Source: Vicinamibacteria bacterium (GTDB taxonomy: Bacteria; Acidobacteriota; Vicinamibacteria; Marinacidobacterales; Marinacidobacteraceae). From it: a stretch of DNA of 64,000 nucleotides. Shown one piece after another: positions 48,777-59,118 of the stretch (position 1 is its first letter; every line of letters begins with the position of its first letter). The notes under the pieces were generated by a model. That model was given only the letters and a program-made list of their open reading frames with translations. It was not told the DNA's origin and did no database searches. Where the stretch lies: NCBI GenBank assembly GCA_965199715.1, contig CBDATA010000001.1, positions 1 through 64,000 on the forward strand. Reading direction: 5' to 3'. Made by a program: the position numbers and the translations under genes.

Positions 48777-50075
48777 CTATTCGGCATCGACGGCGGCGGC
48801 GCGCCCGGTGCTTGGGGGCGACCCGGCGCGCAGCGACGCCCACAGCGCGTCCCGGCGGGCCTCGAAGTCGGCGCGATGCTCCTCGGCGATCGGCGGCCCC
48901 TCGGGCAGGATGTTCGCCCTGGGGTTGATGGGACGGCCGTCCTTGTAGAGCCGGTAGTCCACGTGGGGACCGGTGGAGGTGCCGGTGGAGCCGACATACC
49001 CGATCACGTCCCGCTGCCGGACCTTGCGCCCGGGCCGGATTTCGCGGGGGATGCGCGAGAGGTGCAGGTACTTGGTCTGGTATCCGCCCGGATGGCGGAT
49101 CGTCACCATGTTGCCGTTCGGCCCGCGCATTCCGGCGTCGGTGACCGTGCCGTTCGCGGTCGCCACGACCGGGCGTCCGTGCGGAGCGGCGTAATCGACT
49201 CCGTAGTGCGGGCGATACACCCGGTGCACCGGGTGGAGCCGCCGGCTCGTGAACCCGCTGGAAATGCGCGTGTAGCGCACCGGACTCGCGAGGAAGGGCC
49301 GCTGGAGCACCCGGCCGTTCTCGTCGTAGTACCCCGAGGAGCCGTCGGGGAATTCGTAGCGGAAGGCCAGAATCTCCTCGCCGTCGTTCAGGAAGCGCAC
49401 GGCGTGGGTGTCTCCGTATCCGATGGTTCCGCCGTCCGCTCGGAGCTTGTCCACGAGCACGGTCCACGTGTCGCCGCGCCGGGTGTCCCGTCGGAGATCC
49501 AGTTGGTACTCCAGCACGGTGCCGATGAGCACGGCGAGGTCGGGACGCTCGCCCGCGTCGATCATGCTCTCGTAGAGGCTCGTGCTCACGGTCCCGGCGA
49601 CCAGCTCCCGATGCATGACCGGCTTCGCCTGCGACTCGCTCGCCTCCCAGGCGCCGTCGGCCGTGCGCATCACGCTCACGACCCGCCAGTCCCCCATCTC
49701 GAGGTCCACGCGCGTCGGCTGCCCCTCGGGGTCGCGATGCACCCAAAGCGTCTGGCCGGTGCGCAGCCGGCGCAGGTCCAGCACCGACGCCAAGGCCTCG
49801 TTCGCCGCCGCGCGGTCCGCCGCCGAGAAGCCGTTGCGGTGGAGGACGCCCGCGAGCGCGTCGCCGCGGCCCAGCCGGTCGGGGACCGAATCGATGCCTG
49901 GCTCCGGCCCGGGCGGGAGCGCGGCCGCCGCCGGTTCGGGCGGACTCTGGACCTCGGGAAGCGGGAACCGCCAAGCCTGGACAGCGAAGAGGAACAGCGC
50001 GGCGTAGCCGAACAGCCCCGCGGCGAGCGCCGCGGACGCGCCGACGCCGCCCTGATCGCGGGGAATCGGATTCAT
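48777..50075 (-). CDS. M23 family metallopeptidase (murein DD-endopeptidase)
   Basis: HYGVDYAA, YLHLS, GSTG.STGPH. Confidence 0.9.
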   Translation of the reverse strand: MNPIPRDQGGVGASAALAAGLFGYAALFLFAVQAWRFPLPEVQSPPEPAAAALPPGPEPGIDSVPDRLGRGDALAGVLHRNGFSAADRAAANEALASVLDLRRLRTGQTLWVHRDPEGQPTRVDLEMGDWRVVSVMRTADGAWEASESQAKPVMHRELVAGTVSTSLYESMIDAGERPDLAVLIGTVLEYQLDLRRDTRRGDTWTVLVDKLRADGGTIGYGDTHAVRFLNDGEEILAFRYEFPDGSSGYYDENGRVLQRPFLASPVRYTRISSGFTSRRLHPVHRVYRPHYGVDYAAPHGRPVVATANGTVTDAGMRGPNGNMVTIRHPGGYQTKYLHLSRIPREIRPGRKVRQRDVIGYVGSTGTSTGPHVDYRLYKDGRPINPRANILPEGPPIAEEHRADFEARRDALWASLRAGSPPSTGRAAAVDAE

Positions 50076-50088
50076 GACGGCGAGGATG

Positions 50089-51015
50089 CTAGCCGGAATC
50101 GGCCCATAGCATACGGGCGACGCCCTCGTCCAGCGCAGTTCGGGCGCGGAAGCCGAGGATCCGCGCCGCCCGGCGGACGTCGGCGCGGGCGTGGCGGACG
50201 TCGCCGGGACGCAGCGGGGCGAACTTCGGCTCGGCCGTCGAACCCGACGCCCGGGCGATCCGCCGCCACAGGTCCAGCACCGAGGTCGATGCGCCGGTCC
50301 CGACGTTCACGACGGCGCCGCCCTCGCCCGACCGCGCCTTCGCGAGCGCGAGCCGCAGCGCGTCCACGACGTCCTCGACGAAGACGAAGTCGCGGGTCTG
50401 GCCGCCGTCGCCGTGGATCTCGGGGCGCTCGCCGATCCGCGCGACGTGGGAGAAACGGGCGAGGACTCCGGAGTACGAGCTGTCCGCCGGCTGGCCCGGC
50501 CCGTACACGTTGAAGAAGCGCAGCGCGACCGCGGACGGCCCGCCGGTGCGGTCGTGGAGGAGGACGTGCCGTTCGCCGGCGAGCTTGGTTGCGGCGTACG
50601 CCGACTCGGGGAAGAGCGGGGCGTCCTCGGGGATCGATCCGCCGTCGAAGCCGCCATACACCGCGCAGGACGACGCGTACGCGAGCGCCCGCACGCCCGC
50701 ACGCCGGGCTTCCTCCAGCACGACGAGGGTGCCGGCGACGTTCGAGCGGGCGGCGACCGCCGGCTCGAACTCGGCCCGGGGAACCGACGCCAGCGCCGCG
50801 AGGTGCGCCACTTCGGACACGCCCCGCATCGCCGCCCGCACCGCGTCCCGGCAGGCGACGTCCCCCTCCGCGATCTCGACGCCCGGGATCCCGTCGAGCC
50901 GCTCCCGGCTTCCCGTGGAAAAGTCGTCGAGCACCCGTACCGGGCCGCCCTCGCCCGCGATGCGCGCGGTGAGCGCCGACCCGATGAACCCGGCGCCGCC
51001 GGTGACGAGCGTCAC
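50089..51015 (-). CDS. NAD-dependent epimerase/dehydratase
   Basis: VTGGAGFIG, YAATK, RFFNVYGP, DG.QTRDF. Confidence 0.9.
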   Translation of the reverse strand: MTLVTGGAGFIGSALTARIAGEGGPVRVLDDFSTGSRERLDGIPGVEIAEGDVACRDAVRAAMRGVSEVAHLAALASVPRAEFEPAVAARSNVAGTLVVLEEARRAGVRALAYASSCAVYGGFDGGSIPEDAPLFPESAYAATKLAGERHVLLHDRTGGPSAVALRFFNVYGPGQPADSSYSGVLARFSHVARIGERPEIHGDGGQTRDFVFVEDVVDALRLALAKARSGEGGAVVNVGTGASTSVLDLWRRIARASGSTAEPKFAPLRPGDVRHARADVRRAARILGFRARTALDEGVARMLWADSG

Positions 51016-51030
51016 GCCGGCCGAATGCGG

Positions 51031-51392
51031 CTCGAGTCGCCCGTAAGCCGAATTCTGTTCTCCCCGGGAGGAGCGACGGTCATGCATCTAGCCCGGAGGT
51101 TGCCCCCCGGATCCAGCGACCTACCCGGAAGCTCGGACAGGCTGCCCTCGGGCGCTTCCCTATTTGGTCTTGCTCCGCGCGGGGTTTGCCGTGCCCCGGA
51201 CATCACTGCCCGAGCGGTGCGCTCTTACCGCACCTTTTCACCCTTGCCGCTTCCCGGAGGAAGAGGCGGTTTGTTTTCTGTGGCACTTTCCTTCCGGTCA
51301 CCCGGACTGGGCGTTACCCAGCGCGCTGCCTTGCGGAGTTCGGACTTTCCTCCCGCCCGCGAACGGGCCGGCGACCGCCTGGACGACTCAAG
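51031..51392 (-). ncRNA. rnpB: RNase P RNA (bacterial type A)
   Basis: Minus strand GAGGAAAGTCCG...GGAAAGTGCCACAGAAAA...GGGTGAAAAGGTGCGGTAAGAGCGCACC...GGCAAACCCC...GAGCAAG...ACAGAATTCGGCTTA; P1 pairing GAGTCGTCC/GGGCGACTC. Confidence 0.97.
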
Positions 51393-51404
51393 CCGGGGCG
51401 AATG

Positions 51405-52184
51405 CTACCGCTTCGCCTCGCAGCCGGAGCCTTCGCAGACGACCGACACGGCGCCGCCGCACCCCTCGGCCACGATTCGAAGCTCGAGCGGCTCCGCGCC
51501 GGTCTCGAACCCCTCCGCCGGCCAGAAGACGTCCATCTCGTGCGCGAGGGACCCGGCGTCCCGCCGGACGCGCCAGCCGAGGATGCCGAACGCGGCCGAC
51601 GGCTCCGAGAACGCGTCGGCGTAGGGGCCGAGCAGGTCCAGCGCGGCGTCCTCGGCCCGTGGGTCCACTCCGATCGTGAGCGACGCCCGGTCGAACCGGT
51701 CGTCTTCGATGGAGACCGGGGCCGTCCCTCCGACCCGGACTCCCGGACACGCTGGGTACGGACCGTCCTCGATCACGACCCCGAGCGGCGCGGGCAGCGA
51801 ACCCGAGACTCCCGGGGACTCGGGGACGAGCGAGAGCCGCAACGTCTCCTCGCCCTCGGTGAGGAACGGGTCCGGAAGCGCCTCCAGCAGGACCCGCAGG
51901 TCGCCCCGGAGGTTCGCGCCCGACGGGATCGTCAAGGTTTCCGGCGCGAGCGTCCAGTCGTCCGCCGAAGCCGAGCCGGCGGCCGTGAGGCGCAGCGTCG
52001 CCGGCGCCGCCAGACTCGCAACCTCCCACGACACGCCGATTTCGGCCGTCTCGCCCTCGCCGAGTCGAACCTCGGCGGAGTCGAAGCGGACCGAGAACGA
52101 CGTGGACGGCGGAGCGGGCGCGGCGGGGCCGGCGCCGTCCCCGCAACCCAGCAGGAAGACGAGCGCGACCGGCGCGAACCTCAC
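51405..52184 (-). CDS. Putative lipoprotein with Calx-beta-like region
   Basis: Lipobox LLGC; GSA..DD, D...EGEET..L.L pattern. Confidence 0.6.
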   Translation of the reverse strand: MRFAPVALVFLLGCGDGAGPAAPAPPSTSFSVRFDSAEVRLGEGETAEIGVSWEVASLAAPATLRLTAAGSASADDWTLAPETLTIPSGANLRGDLRVLLEALPDPFLTEGEETLRLSLVPESPGVSGSLPAPLGVVIEDGPYPACPGVRVGGTAPVSIEDDRFDRASLTIGVDPRAEDAALDLLGPYADAFSEPSAAFGILGWRVRRDAGSLAHEMDVFWPAEGFETGAEPLELRIVAEGCGGAVSVVCEGSGCEAKR

Positions 52185-53287
52185 GGTTCAACCTCCTCCG
52201 GCAGGGCGCGCAGCCGGATCGCGCCGGCGTCGCTCGTCTGGCCGGCGGCCACCGCGACCGGAGTCAGGAGGAACGTCTCGGCGGCGCCGAGGGTCATCCC
52301 CGCCCGGTAGAGGTCCCCATGCGCGCCCGGGTGCGTCGCGGAGCCGGCGGCGAGCAGGTACTCGCCCGGGGGCAGGCCCTCGATCGCGAAGGTTCCGTCC
52401 GCCCCGGCGAAGGCGGCCGCCGCCTCGCCGAGGCTCTCCCCCGCGATCCGGGTCGCCGTGACGCGTACGAACCGAGCCGGCGCCCCGTCCATCTCCACGA
52501 TCCCCGAAAGGCTTCCGACGGAGTTCCGCCAGCCCGGCGCCGGGCGCAGCAGGGACGCCCCGATCCGGTCGTCCGGAGTCAAGGAGACGCCCGACCCATA
52601 GGACATGACCGGATCTTCGGGGAACAGCGCGCTCGCGTCGGTGAGCTGGCCCCACTGGATCATCCGGGCGCTGAACGTGGGCAGCGTTCCGGCGTGCGAG
52701 AGGCCGATGCAGTGGCCCAGCTCGTGCGTCAGGACGCTCAGCGACACGTCCCGGTCCGAGAAGGCAAGCTGCCGGGGGTGCAGGTTGAGGTCGCACTCGC
52801 CGATCTCCCAGCGCTCGCCCGTCCACAGCCAGAGGATGGACGCGAACGAAAAGCCCAGATCCCACTCGGGGTCGTCCTCCCGGACGAGGCGCAGCATGTT
52901 GACGCGGTCGGCGGCGTTGCGGCGGTCCGGTTGGAGGCCGGAGTCGGTCCAGCGAACGTCCGCCGTGGGGATCGACGACCATTCCTCCATCCCGGTCCGG
53001 ACGAACCCGAGCGCCTCGTCCAGGCTCGAAAACGGCGGGTCCGTCATCGTCCCGTCCTCGCGCGTCCACGGGCTCGTCCATCCCGAACTCTCAGCGATTT
53101 CGAACGAGATCGAGCCGCCCGGCGGCCACGCGAGCTCGAGCCAGCGGCCGGCGGCGGCCGCGGCGGGAGCGTCCGGAGCCTCTCCGGCCCAAAAAAAGCG
53201 ATAGCCGGGCGCCTCGGCCGGAACCGACGCGAGGAGGAGCAGGACGGCGGCCCCGAGCGTCTTTCGCACGGTCTGAGGATAGGGCAA
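52181..53287 (-). CDS. Secreted metzincin (matrixin-like) metalloprotease with C-terminal beta-sandwich
   Basis: HELGHCIGLSH, Met-turn PVMSY, DG.F.IEGLPPG.Y. Confidence 0.82.
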   Translation of the reverse strand: MPYPQTVRKTLGAAVLLLLASVPAEAPGYRFFWAGEAPDAPAAAAAGRWLELAWPPGGSISFEIAESSGWTSPWTREDGTMTDPPFSSLDEALGFVRTGMEEWSSIPTADVRWTDSGLQPDRRNAADRVNMLRLVREDDPEWDLGFSFASILWLWTGERWEIGECDLNLHPRQLAFSDRDVSLSVLTHELGHCIGLSHAGTLPTFSARMIQWGQLTDASALFPEDPVMSYGSGVSLTPDDRIGASLLRPAPGWRNSVGSLSGIVEMDGAPARFVRVTATRIAGESLGEAAAAFAGADGTFAIEGLPPGEYLLAAGSATHPGAHGDLYRAGMTLGAAETFLLTPVAVAAGQTSDAGAIRLRALPEEVEP

Positions 53288-53308
53288 GTACCATCCTCGC
53301 CCTCATCC

Positions 53309-54160
53309 ATGCCCCGACCCGCCATCGCCTACCAGGGAGTCCCGGGCTCGTGGTCCGATCTCGCCTGCCGCGAGCGCTACCCGGACCATTATCCGCTCCC
53401 GTGCGCCACCTTCGCGGCGGCGGTGGCGGCGGTCCGGGGGAAGCGCGCCGCGCTCGCGATGATCCCGGTGGAGAACTCGGTCGCCGGGCCGGTCGCCGAG
53501 ATCCACCGCCTCCTTCCCGCGTCGGACCTCGTCGTCGTCGGGGAGAGGTTCCAGCCGGTGCGGCATCAGCTTCTCGGACTGCCGGGCGCTTCGATCGAGG
53601 GGCTGCGGACCGTCCACAGCCACGAGCACGCGCTGGCGCAGTGCCGCAAGCTGATCCGGCGGCTGGAGCTCGCCCCGGTGATCGAGGCCGACACCGCGGG
53701 CGCCGCGGCCCGGGTCGCCGCCGGCGGCGATCCGTCGCAGGGCGCGCTCGCCTCCCCGCTGGCGGCCGAGCTCCACGGTCTCTCGATCCTCGAGGCGGAC
53801 GTGGCCGACTCCCCCACGAACACCACCCGCTTCCTCGTGATGGCGCGCGAGGCCGCGCCGCTCGCGCCCGGAGAGGCCATACTCACGAGCCTCTCCTTCG
53901 AGGTGCGGAACATCCCGGCCGCGCTCTACCGGGCGCTCGGCGCGTTCGCGACGAACGGCGTGAACATGGTCCGCCTCGAGAGCACGATGCTCGACCGCTC
54001 GTTCGCCTCGACCCGCTTCTTCTGCGAGATCTCCGGCGGTCCGGCGGACCCCGAGGTCGGGCGGGCGCTCGAGGAGCTGTGCTACTTCTCTACCTCGGTG
54101 ACGGTGCTGGGCTCCTATCCGGCCGACCCGATCCGCGGCCGCAACGCCGGAAGGACCTAG
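53309..54160 (+). CDS. pheA: Prephenate dehydratase
   Basis: AYQG.PG, IPVENS, SH..ALAQC, N.TRFLV, ACT domain. Confidence 0.9.
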   Translation: MPRPAIAYQGVPGSWSDLACRERYPDHYPLPCATFAAAVAAVRGKRAALAMIPVENSVAGPVAEIHRLLPASDLVVVGERFQPVRHQLLGLPGASIEGLRTVHSHEHALAQCRKLIRRLELAPVIEADTAGAAARVAAGGDPSQGALASPLAAELHGLSILEADVADSPTNTTRFLVMAREAAPLAPGEAILTSLSFEVRNIPAALYRALGAFATNGVNMVRLESTMLDRSFASTRFFCEISGGPADPEVGRALEELCYFSTSVTVLGSYPADPIRGRNAGRT

Positions 54161-55521
54161 GCGAGCTTCCGGTCGAGCTCCGCGACCGGAATCCCGAGGC
54201 TCGCGGCGGCGCGCTCCCGGTCGCCCGCGCAGTCGGCGAGGCGCCGCTCGACGAATCCCCGCTCCGCTCGCGCCAGCCAGGCGTCGAGCCGCTCGTCCGA
54301 CTCGGACGCGGGGATCATGTCGAGGTGCTCCCGCACGTCCTCCTCGGCGACCTCCTCGCCCGGGGCCAGGATCAGCAGGCGCTCCACGAGGTTGCGCAGC
54401 TCGCGCACGTTCCCCGGGAACCGGTGCCGGGCGAGGAGCTTCATGGCGCCGGGCGCGAAGCGGCGCGGCTCGGCTCCTTCCGGGGCCAGGAGCGCGGCGG
54501 AATGGGCGACGAGCAGCGGGATGTCCTCCGGACGCTCGCGCAGCGACGGCATCCGGATGGGCACGACTTCGAGCCGGTGGAGGAGGTCGTTGCGGAACGC
54601 GCCGCCGCGAAGGTCCTGGTTGGTGGCGGAGAGCACGCGGACATCCACCTCGATGCTCCGCGAGCCGCCGACCCGGCTGATCCGGCTCTCCTCCAGTGCG
54701 CGCAGCACCTTGGCCTGGGTTCGGGCGCTCATGTCGCCGACCTCGTCGAGGAAGAGCGTGCCGCCGTTCGCCTGCTCGAACTTGCCGATGCGCTGGCGGT
54801 GGGCCCCGGTGTAGGCGCCCCGTTCGGCGCCGAACAGCTCGCTCTCGATGAGCTCCTCGGGGATCGCCGCGCAGTTCACCTCGACGAACGGCGCGTCGGC
54901 GCGGGGGCCGCCATCGTGGATCAGACGGGCGACGACCTCCTTCCCGGTCCCCGACTCGCCGGTGACGAGCACGCGGACGTCCACCGGAGCCACCCGGCGG
55001 ATCCGCTCGCGGACCGCCTCCATGGCCGCGGACGCGCCGACTAGGCGGCGGCGGGCGCCCTCCCGGCTGCGGTGCGCGTCGAGTTCCCGCTCCAGCTCGC
55101 GCTTCTCCTCGGCGAGCCGCTTCCGCTCGAGGACCGCCGCCTTCTCGAGCGCGACGCGAAGGCGCGCGCCGATGTCGCCGCTGCACCCCTTCTCCAGGAA
55201 GTGCGCGGCGCCGGCGTCGATGGCGCGCACCGCGGTCTCGATGTCCCCGTGGGCCGTGTGCATCGCCACCGCGATCGACGGGTCGCGCTCGCGGATGCGC
55301 CGGAGCACCTCCATCCCGTCCATTCCGGGCATCTTGACGTCGAGCACGACGAGGTCCGGGACCTCCTTGTCCAGCGAGGCGAGCGCCTCGGCTCCCGACG
55401 CGGCCTCGGCGACCCGCCACCCCTCGTAGCGGAGCCGGCGCCGCAGCGACCTCCGGATCATCGCCTCGTCATCGACCACGAGCACGAGGATCTCGGACTC
55501 CGCCGCCGGTCGGTCGGGCAT
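54157..55521 (-). CDS. Sigma-54-dependent response regulator (NtrC/NtrX-like)
   Basis: REC domain, GESGTGKE, ESELFG, GAYTGA, LFLDEV, PGNVREL, Fis-type HTH. Confidence 0.92.
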   Translation of the reverse strand: MPDRPAAESEILVLVVDDEAMIRRSLRRRLRYEGWRVAEAASGAEALASLDKEVPDLVVLDVKMPGMDGMEVLRRIRERDPSIAVAMHTAHGDIETAVRAIDAGAAHFLEKGCSGDIGARLRVALEKAAVLERKRLAEEKRELERELDAHRSREGARRRLVGASAAMEAVRERIRRVAPVDVRVLVTGESGTGKEVVARLIHDGGPRADAPFVEVNCAAIPEELIESELFGAERGAYTGAHRQRIGKFEQANGGTLFLDEVGDMSARTQAKVLRALEESRISRVGGSRSIEVDVRVLSATNQDLRGGAFRNDLLHRLEVVPIRMPSLRERPEDIPLLVAHSAALLAPEGAEPRRFAPGAMKLLARHRFPGNVRELRNLVERLLILAPGEEVAEEDVREHLDMIPASESDERLDAWLARAERGFVERRLADCAGDRERAAASLGIPVAELDRKLA

Positions 55522-55540
55522 TCCGAAATGGTAGGGCGGG

Positions 55541-56527
55541 CTAGCGGTCGCGCGCGACCACGTATTCCGCGACCGCGGCGAGCGCGTCCCGGAACGGGGA
55601 CGGCGGGATCGCCGCCAGCGAGTCCCCGGCGGCGCGGGCGTATTCCGCGGCCACCCGGCGCGCTTCCGCGAGCCCCCCGGTGCGCTCCACGAGGTGGAGG
55701 ATGCGCCCGGCGTCGTCGTCGTCCAGCTTGCCGCTCCCGACGACCTCCTCCACGAGGCCCGCCGACTCGGGCTCGCGCTCCAGCGCGTGGAGCACCGGGA
55801 GGGTGAGGTGTCCGTCCTTCAGGTCGGAGAGCACCGGCTTCCCCACGTCCGCCGCGCGGGCGGTGAAGTCGAAGAGGTCGTCGGCGACCTGGAAGGCCAT
55901 CCCGAGATTCATGCCGTAGTCGCCGAGCGCGTTCTCGGTCGCGGCGTCCGCGCCGCCGACCACAGCGCCGATGCGCCCGCAGCCCTGGAAGAGGTACGCG
56001 GTCTTGAGCTGGAGGATCCGCAGGTGCTCCTCGCGGGTCAGCCCGATGGCCCCGCCCCGCATCATCTCCAGCAGCATGCCCTCGATCATCCGCTTGGTCA
56101 GGTCGCACACCATCCCGACGATCCGCAGATCCCCGGCGTCCGCCGCCATCGCGATCGAGCGGATGTAGAGGTAGTCGCCGATCAGGACGGTCAGGTCGTC
56201 GCCGAGCATGTGGTTCAGCGAGTCCTTGCCGCGGCGGGTGTCCGCCTGGTCCACGATGTCGTCGTGGACCAGCGTGGCCGTGTGGCACATCTCGACCACC
56301 GAGCCGTACAGCGCGGCGCGCCGGCTGTCGCCGCCCACGGCCTTCGCGGCCAGCACCACGATCATGGGCCGGAGGCGCTTGCCGCCGCTGCGGTGGATGT
56401 AACGGTTGGCTCCCTCGATGAGCTGGAGCCGGCTGCCCACGATCTTGGCGAGGATGCGATCGACCTCGGCCAGTTCGCCCTCGAGCGCGGCCTCGATCTG
56501 CGGAAGCGGGTTGACCGGGCCGGACAT
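55541..56527 (-). CDS. Polyprenyl diphosphate synthase
   Basis: GGKRLRP, HDDIVD...RRG, FQVADD. Confidence 0.92.
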   Translation of the reverse strand: MSGPVNPLPQIEAALEGELAEVDRILAKIVGSRLQLIEGANRYIHRSGGKRLRPMIVVLAAKAVGGDSRRAALYGSVVEMCHTATLVHDDIVDQADTRRGKDSLNHMLGDDLTVLIGDYLYIRSIAMAADAGDLRIVGMVCDLTKRMIEGMLLEMMRGGAIGLTREEHLRILQLKTAYLFQGCGRIGAVVGGADAATENALGDYGMNLGMAFQVADDLFDFTARAADVGKPVLSDLKDGHLTLPVLHALEREPESAGLVEEVVGSGKLDDDDAGRILHLVERTGGLAEARRVAAEYARAAGDSLAAIPPSPFRDALAAVAEYVVARDR

Positions 56528-56539
56528 CGGAGGCCGCAA

Positions 56540-57376
56540 TTATCGCCGCGGAGAGCCGTTCGGCCCGTCCAAGAGACCGAAGAAACGCGAGAAATTCGCG
56601 TCGGTGGCCGCTTCCAGCTCGTCCGGCGCGAGCCCCGTCGCCGCCGCGAGGACGCGAGCCGTCTCGACGACGCGCATGGGTTCGTTCCGCCGCCCCCGGA
56701 ACGGCGCCGGGGTCAGGTACGGGCAGTCGGTCTCGACGAGCAGCCGCTCGACCGAGACCGCGGCCGCGATCTCGCGCAGGTCCCCGGCGTTCCGGAAGGT
56801 CAGGATTCCCGAGAACGAAATCAGGAACCCGCGCTCCACCGCGGCGTCGGCGAGCCGCCTCGTGGCGGTGAAGCAATGCATGATGGCCCCGGCGTCGGCA
56901 AGTCCCTCCTCGTCGGCGATCCGCAGGAAGTCGTCCTCGGCGTCGCGGTGGTGCACCACGACCGGAAGCCCGAGCTCCCTCGCGACCCGGATCTGGCGGC
57001 GGAAGGCGTCGCGCTGCTGCGGCCGCGGACTCAGGTCGTAGTGGTAATCGAGCCCGACCTCGCCGATCGCGAGCAGGCGCGCCCGGTCCGCCCGGCGGGA
57101 GAGGGCCTCTTCCCCGCCGGTCTCGTCGAAGCGGCTGGCGTCATGCGGGTGGCAGCCGACCGTGGTCCATAGCTCGGGAAGCTCGGGGTCGCCGTGGTCC
57201 TCGCCGTCCGGATGCAGGCGATCCACGAGGCCGAAGGCGCGTTCCCAGCTCTCGCGCTCGTCCAGCATGCCGATGGAGACGATGCGCCCGACTCCGGCGG
57301 CGCGGGCGTTGCGCAGCACGTCGTCGCGGTCGGCGTCGAACTCCGGGGCGTCGAGATGCGCGTGCGAATCGGTCAT
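56540..57376 (-). CDS. tatD: TatD family hydrolase
   Basis: DSHAHL, GCHPH, IGEVGLDY, HCFT, ETDCPY. Confidence 0.92.
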   Translation of the reverse strand: MTDSHAHLDAPEFDADRDDVLRNARAAGVGRIVSIGMLDERESWERAFGLVDRLHPDGEDHGDPELPELWTTVGCHPHDASRFDETGGEEALSRRADRARLLAIGEVGLDYHYDLSPRPQQRDAFRRQIRVARELGLPVVVHHRDAEDDFLRIADEEGLADAGAIMHCFTATRRLADAAVERGFLISFSGILTFRNAGDLREIAAAVSVERLLVETDCPYLTPAPFRGRRNEPMRVVETARVLAAATGLAPDELEAATDANFSRFFGLLDGPNGSPRR

Positions 57377-58551
57377 GCGTCCAGCGTTCCGGCGGCGGTC
57401 AGCGCGAGGCGGTACACCTCCTTCAGGGGAACCCCGGAGGCCGCGGCGAGCGCCCGGCAGTCCTCGTGCTCGGGAGCCCGGTTGACGAGCCGCCCGTTCC
57501 GCAATCCGAGCTTCACCCGCACCTCGCCCCAGGGAGTCGAGACCGACGCGATCCGGCGCTCGAGGATCTCGCGCTCGACGGCGCGGAACCGGAGGCCGAG
57601 GGTGCTGCTCTCGTCGAAGAGCGCCGCGGCGACCGCCTCCCGTCGGCTCTGGGGGACGAGCGCTGACGCGACCATGCCGGGGCGGCCCTTCTTCATCTGG
57701 GCCGGGGTGAGCCAGGCGTCCACGGCGCCGGCCTCGAGCAGCCGGTCCAGCAAGTGCGGCGCGATCTCGGGGAGAAGGTCGTCCAGATTGGCCTCGATCA
57801 CGACCATGCCGCTTGGTTCGCCCCCGTCCGACGGATCGTCCGGCCCGGCGCCGAGCACCATCCGCAGCGCGTTCGGACGCTCGGAGCGGTCGGCGACGCC
57901 GAGGCCGTAGCCGATGCGGCGCGGCGTGAATTCCGGCCAGCCGGTGAAGGCGTCCACGAGCCCGGCGAGGACCGCTCCAGTGGGGGTCGTCCGCTCGAAG
58001 CCGGAGCCGTCCGAAAACGTCGGGACTCCCTCGAGCAGGAGCGCCGTCGCGGGCGCGGGAATCTGAAGCCTCCCGTGCTCGGTCGTCACCGAGCCGCTTC
58101 CGACGTTGACGGCCGTCCCGACCACGCGATCGGGCCGCAGTGCGCGGACTCCGGCGACGGACCCCACCACGTCCACGAGCGTGTCCAGCGACCCGAGTTC
58201 ATGGAGGTGGACCTCGTCGGGCGCCTTGCCGTGGACGCCGCCCTCGGCCTTGAAAATCCGGCGCAGGAGGCGGGCCGAAGTCTCGCGGACCCCGTCGTCG
58301 AGCGCGCTCTCGTCGAGCGCTCCGAGGAAGTCGGACAGGTGGCGGTAGCCGCGGTCGCCGGGCGCCTCGACGGTGACCTTGAGGCCGCGGATTCCGCCCC
58401 GCGACGACTCGGAGACCGCGATCGAAGCCGGAACGCCGAGCGCCGCGACCGTCTCCCGCAGCTCCTGAAGCGGCCAGCCGACATCGAGGAGCGCTCCCAG
58501 CATCATGTCGCCGGAGAGCCCGGCCGAGCCGTCGATCCACAGAATCCGCAT
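57373..58551 (-). CDS. larC: Nickel-pincer cofactor biosynthesis protein
   Basis: G.SGDM.LGAL, VH.HE.G..D...D, PAPAT, TPTGA, NLDD, MKKGRPG. Confidence 0.92.
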   Translation of the reverse strand: MRILWIDGSAGLSGDMMLGALLDVGWPLQELRETVAALGVPASIAVSESSRGGIRGLKVTVEAPGDRGYRHLSDFLGALDESALDDGVRETSARLLRRIFKAEGGVHGKAPDEVHLHELGSLDTLVDVVGSVAGVRALRPDRVVGTAVNVGSGSVTTEHGRLQIPAPATALLLEGVPTFSDGSGFERTTPTGAVLAGLVDAFTGWPEFTPRRIGYGLGVADRSERPNALRMVLGAGPDDPSDGGEPSGMVVIEANLDDLLPEIAPHLLDRLLEAGAVDAWLTPAQMKKGRPGMVASALVPQSRREAVAAALFDESSTLGLRFRAVEREILERRIASVSTPWGEVRVKLGLRNGRLVNRAPEHEDCRALAAASGVPLKEVYRLALTAAGTLDA

Positions 58552-58639
58552 CTACGTTCGCGGGGATTCTAGAGAGGGAACCGGGCCGGATACGCTATGC
58601 GCCGTTGCCGAACCCCTGCATTCCGGCCTGGCGGACGCG

Positions 58640-59116
58640 GTGACGGGCCCCACCGAGGGAGCGGCCCGAGTTCGCGAGGAGGCCTTTCTCCGTCTCCGCG
58701 CCTTCACGAGGCGGCGCGAGCTCAAGAACTCGCAGCGGCGGGACCTGATCCTCGACTGCTTCCTGACGCTGCCGGGTCACGTCTCGGCCGCCGACGTGCA
58801 CGATGCGATCCGGCGCGAGCACCCCTCGATCGGACGCACGACGGTGTATCGGGCGCTGCGGGTCTTCTGCGAGGCGGGGATCGCGACCTCGCTCGAGCTT
58901 CGGGACGGGGTCGCCCGCTTCGAGCCGGCGCTCTTCCGCGGGCACCACGACCACCTGATCTGCCTGAAGTGCGGGCGCATCGACGAGTTCCTGTCCCCCG
59001 AGGTGGAGCGCCAGCAGGAGGAGATCGCGGAGCGACAGGGGTTCCGGCTCGTGTCCCACCGCCACCAGCTCTACGGCGTGTGCGGCGCCTGCCGGCAGGC
59101 CGAGCCCGACGCCTGA
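58640..59116 (+). CDS. Fur family transcriptional regulator
   Basis: H.SA, TVYR.L, HHDHLIC..CG, YG.C..C; start approximate. Confidence 0.9.
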   Translation: MTGPTEGAARVREEAFLRLRAFTRRRELKNSQRRDLILDCFLTLPGHVSAADVHDAIRREHPSIGRTTVYRALRVFCEAGIATSLELRDGVARFEPALFRGHHDHLICLKCGRIDEFLSPEVERQQEEIAERQGFRLVSHRHQLYGVCGACRQAEPDA

Positions 59117-59118
59117 CC

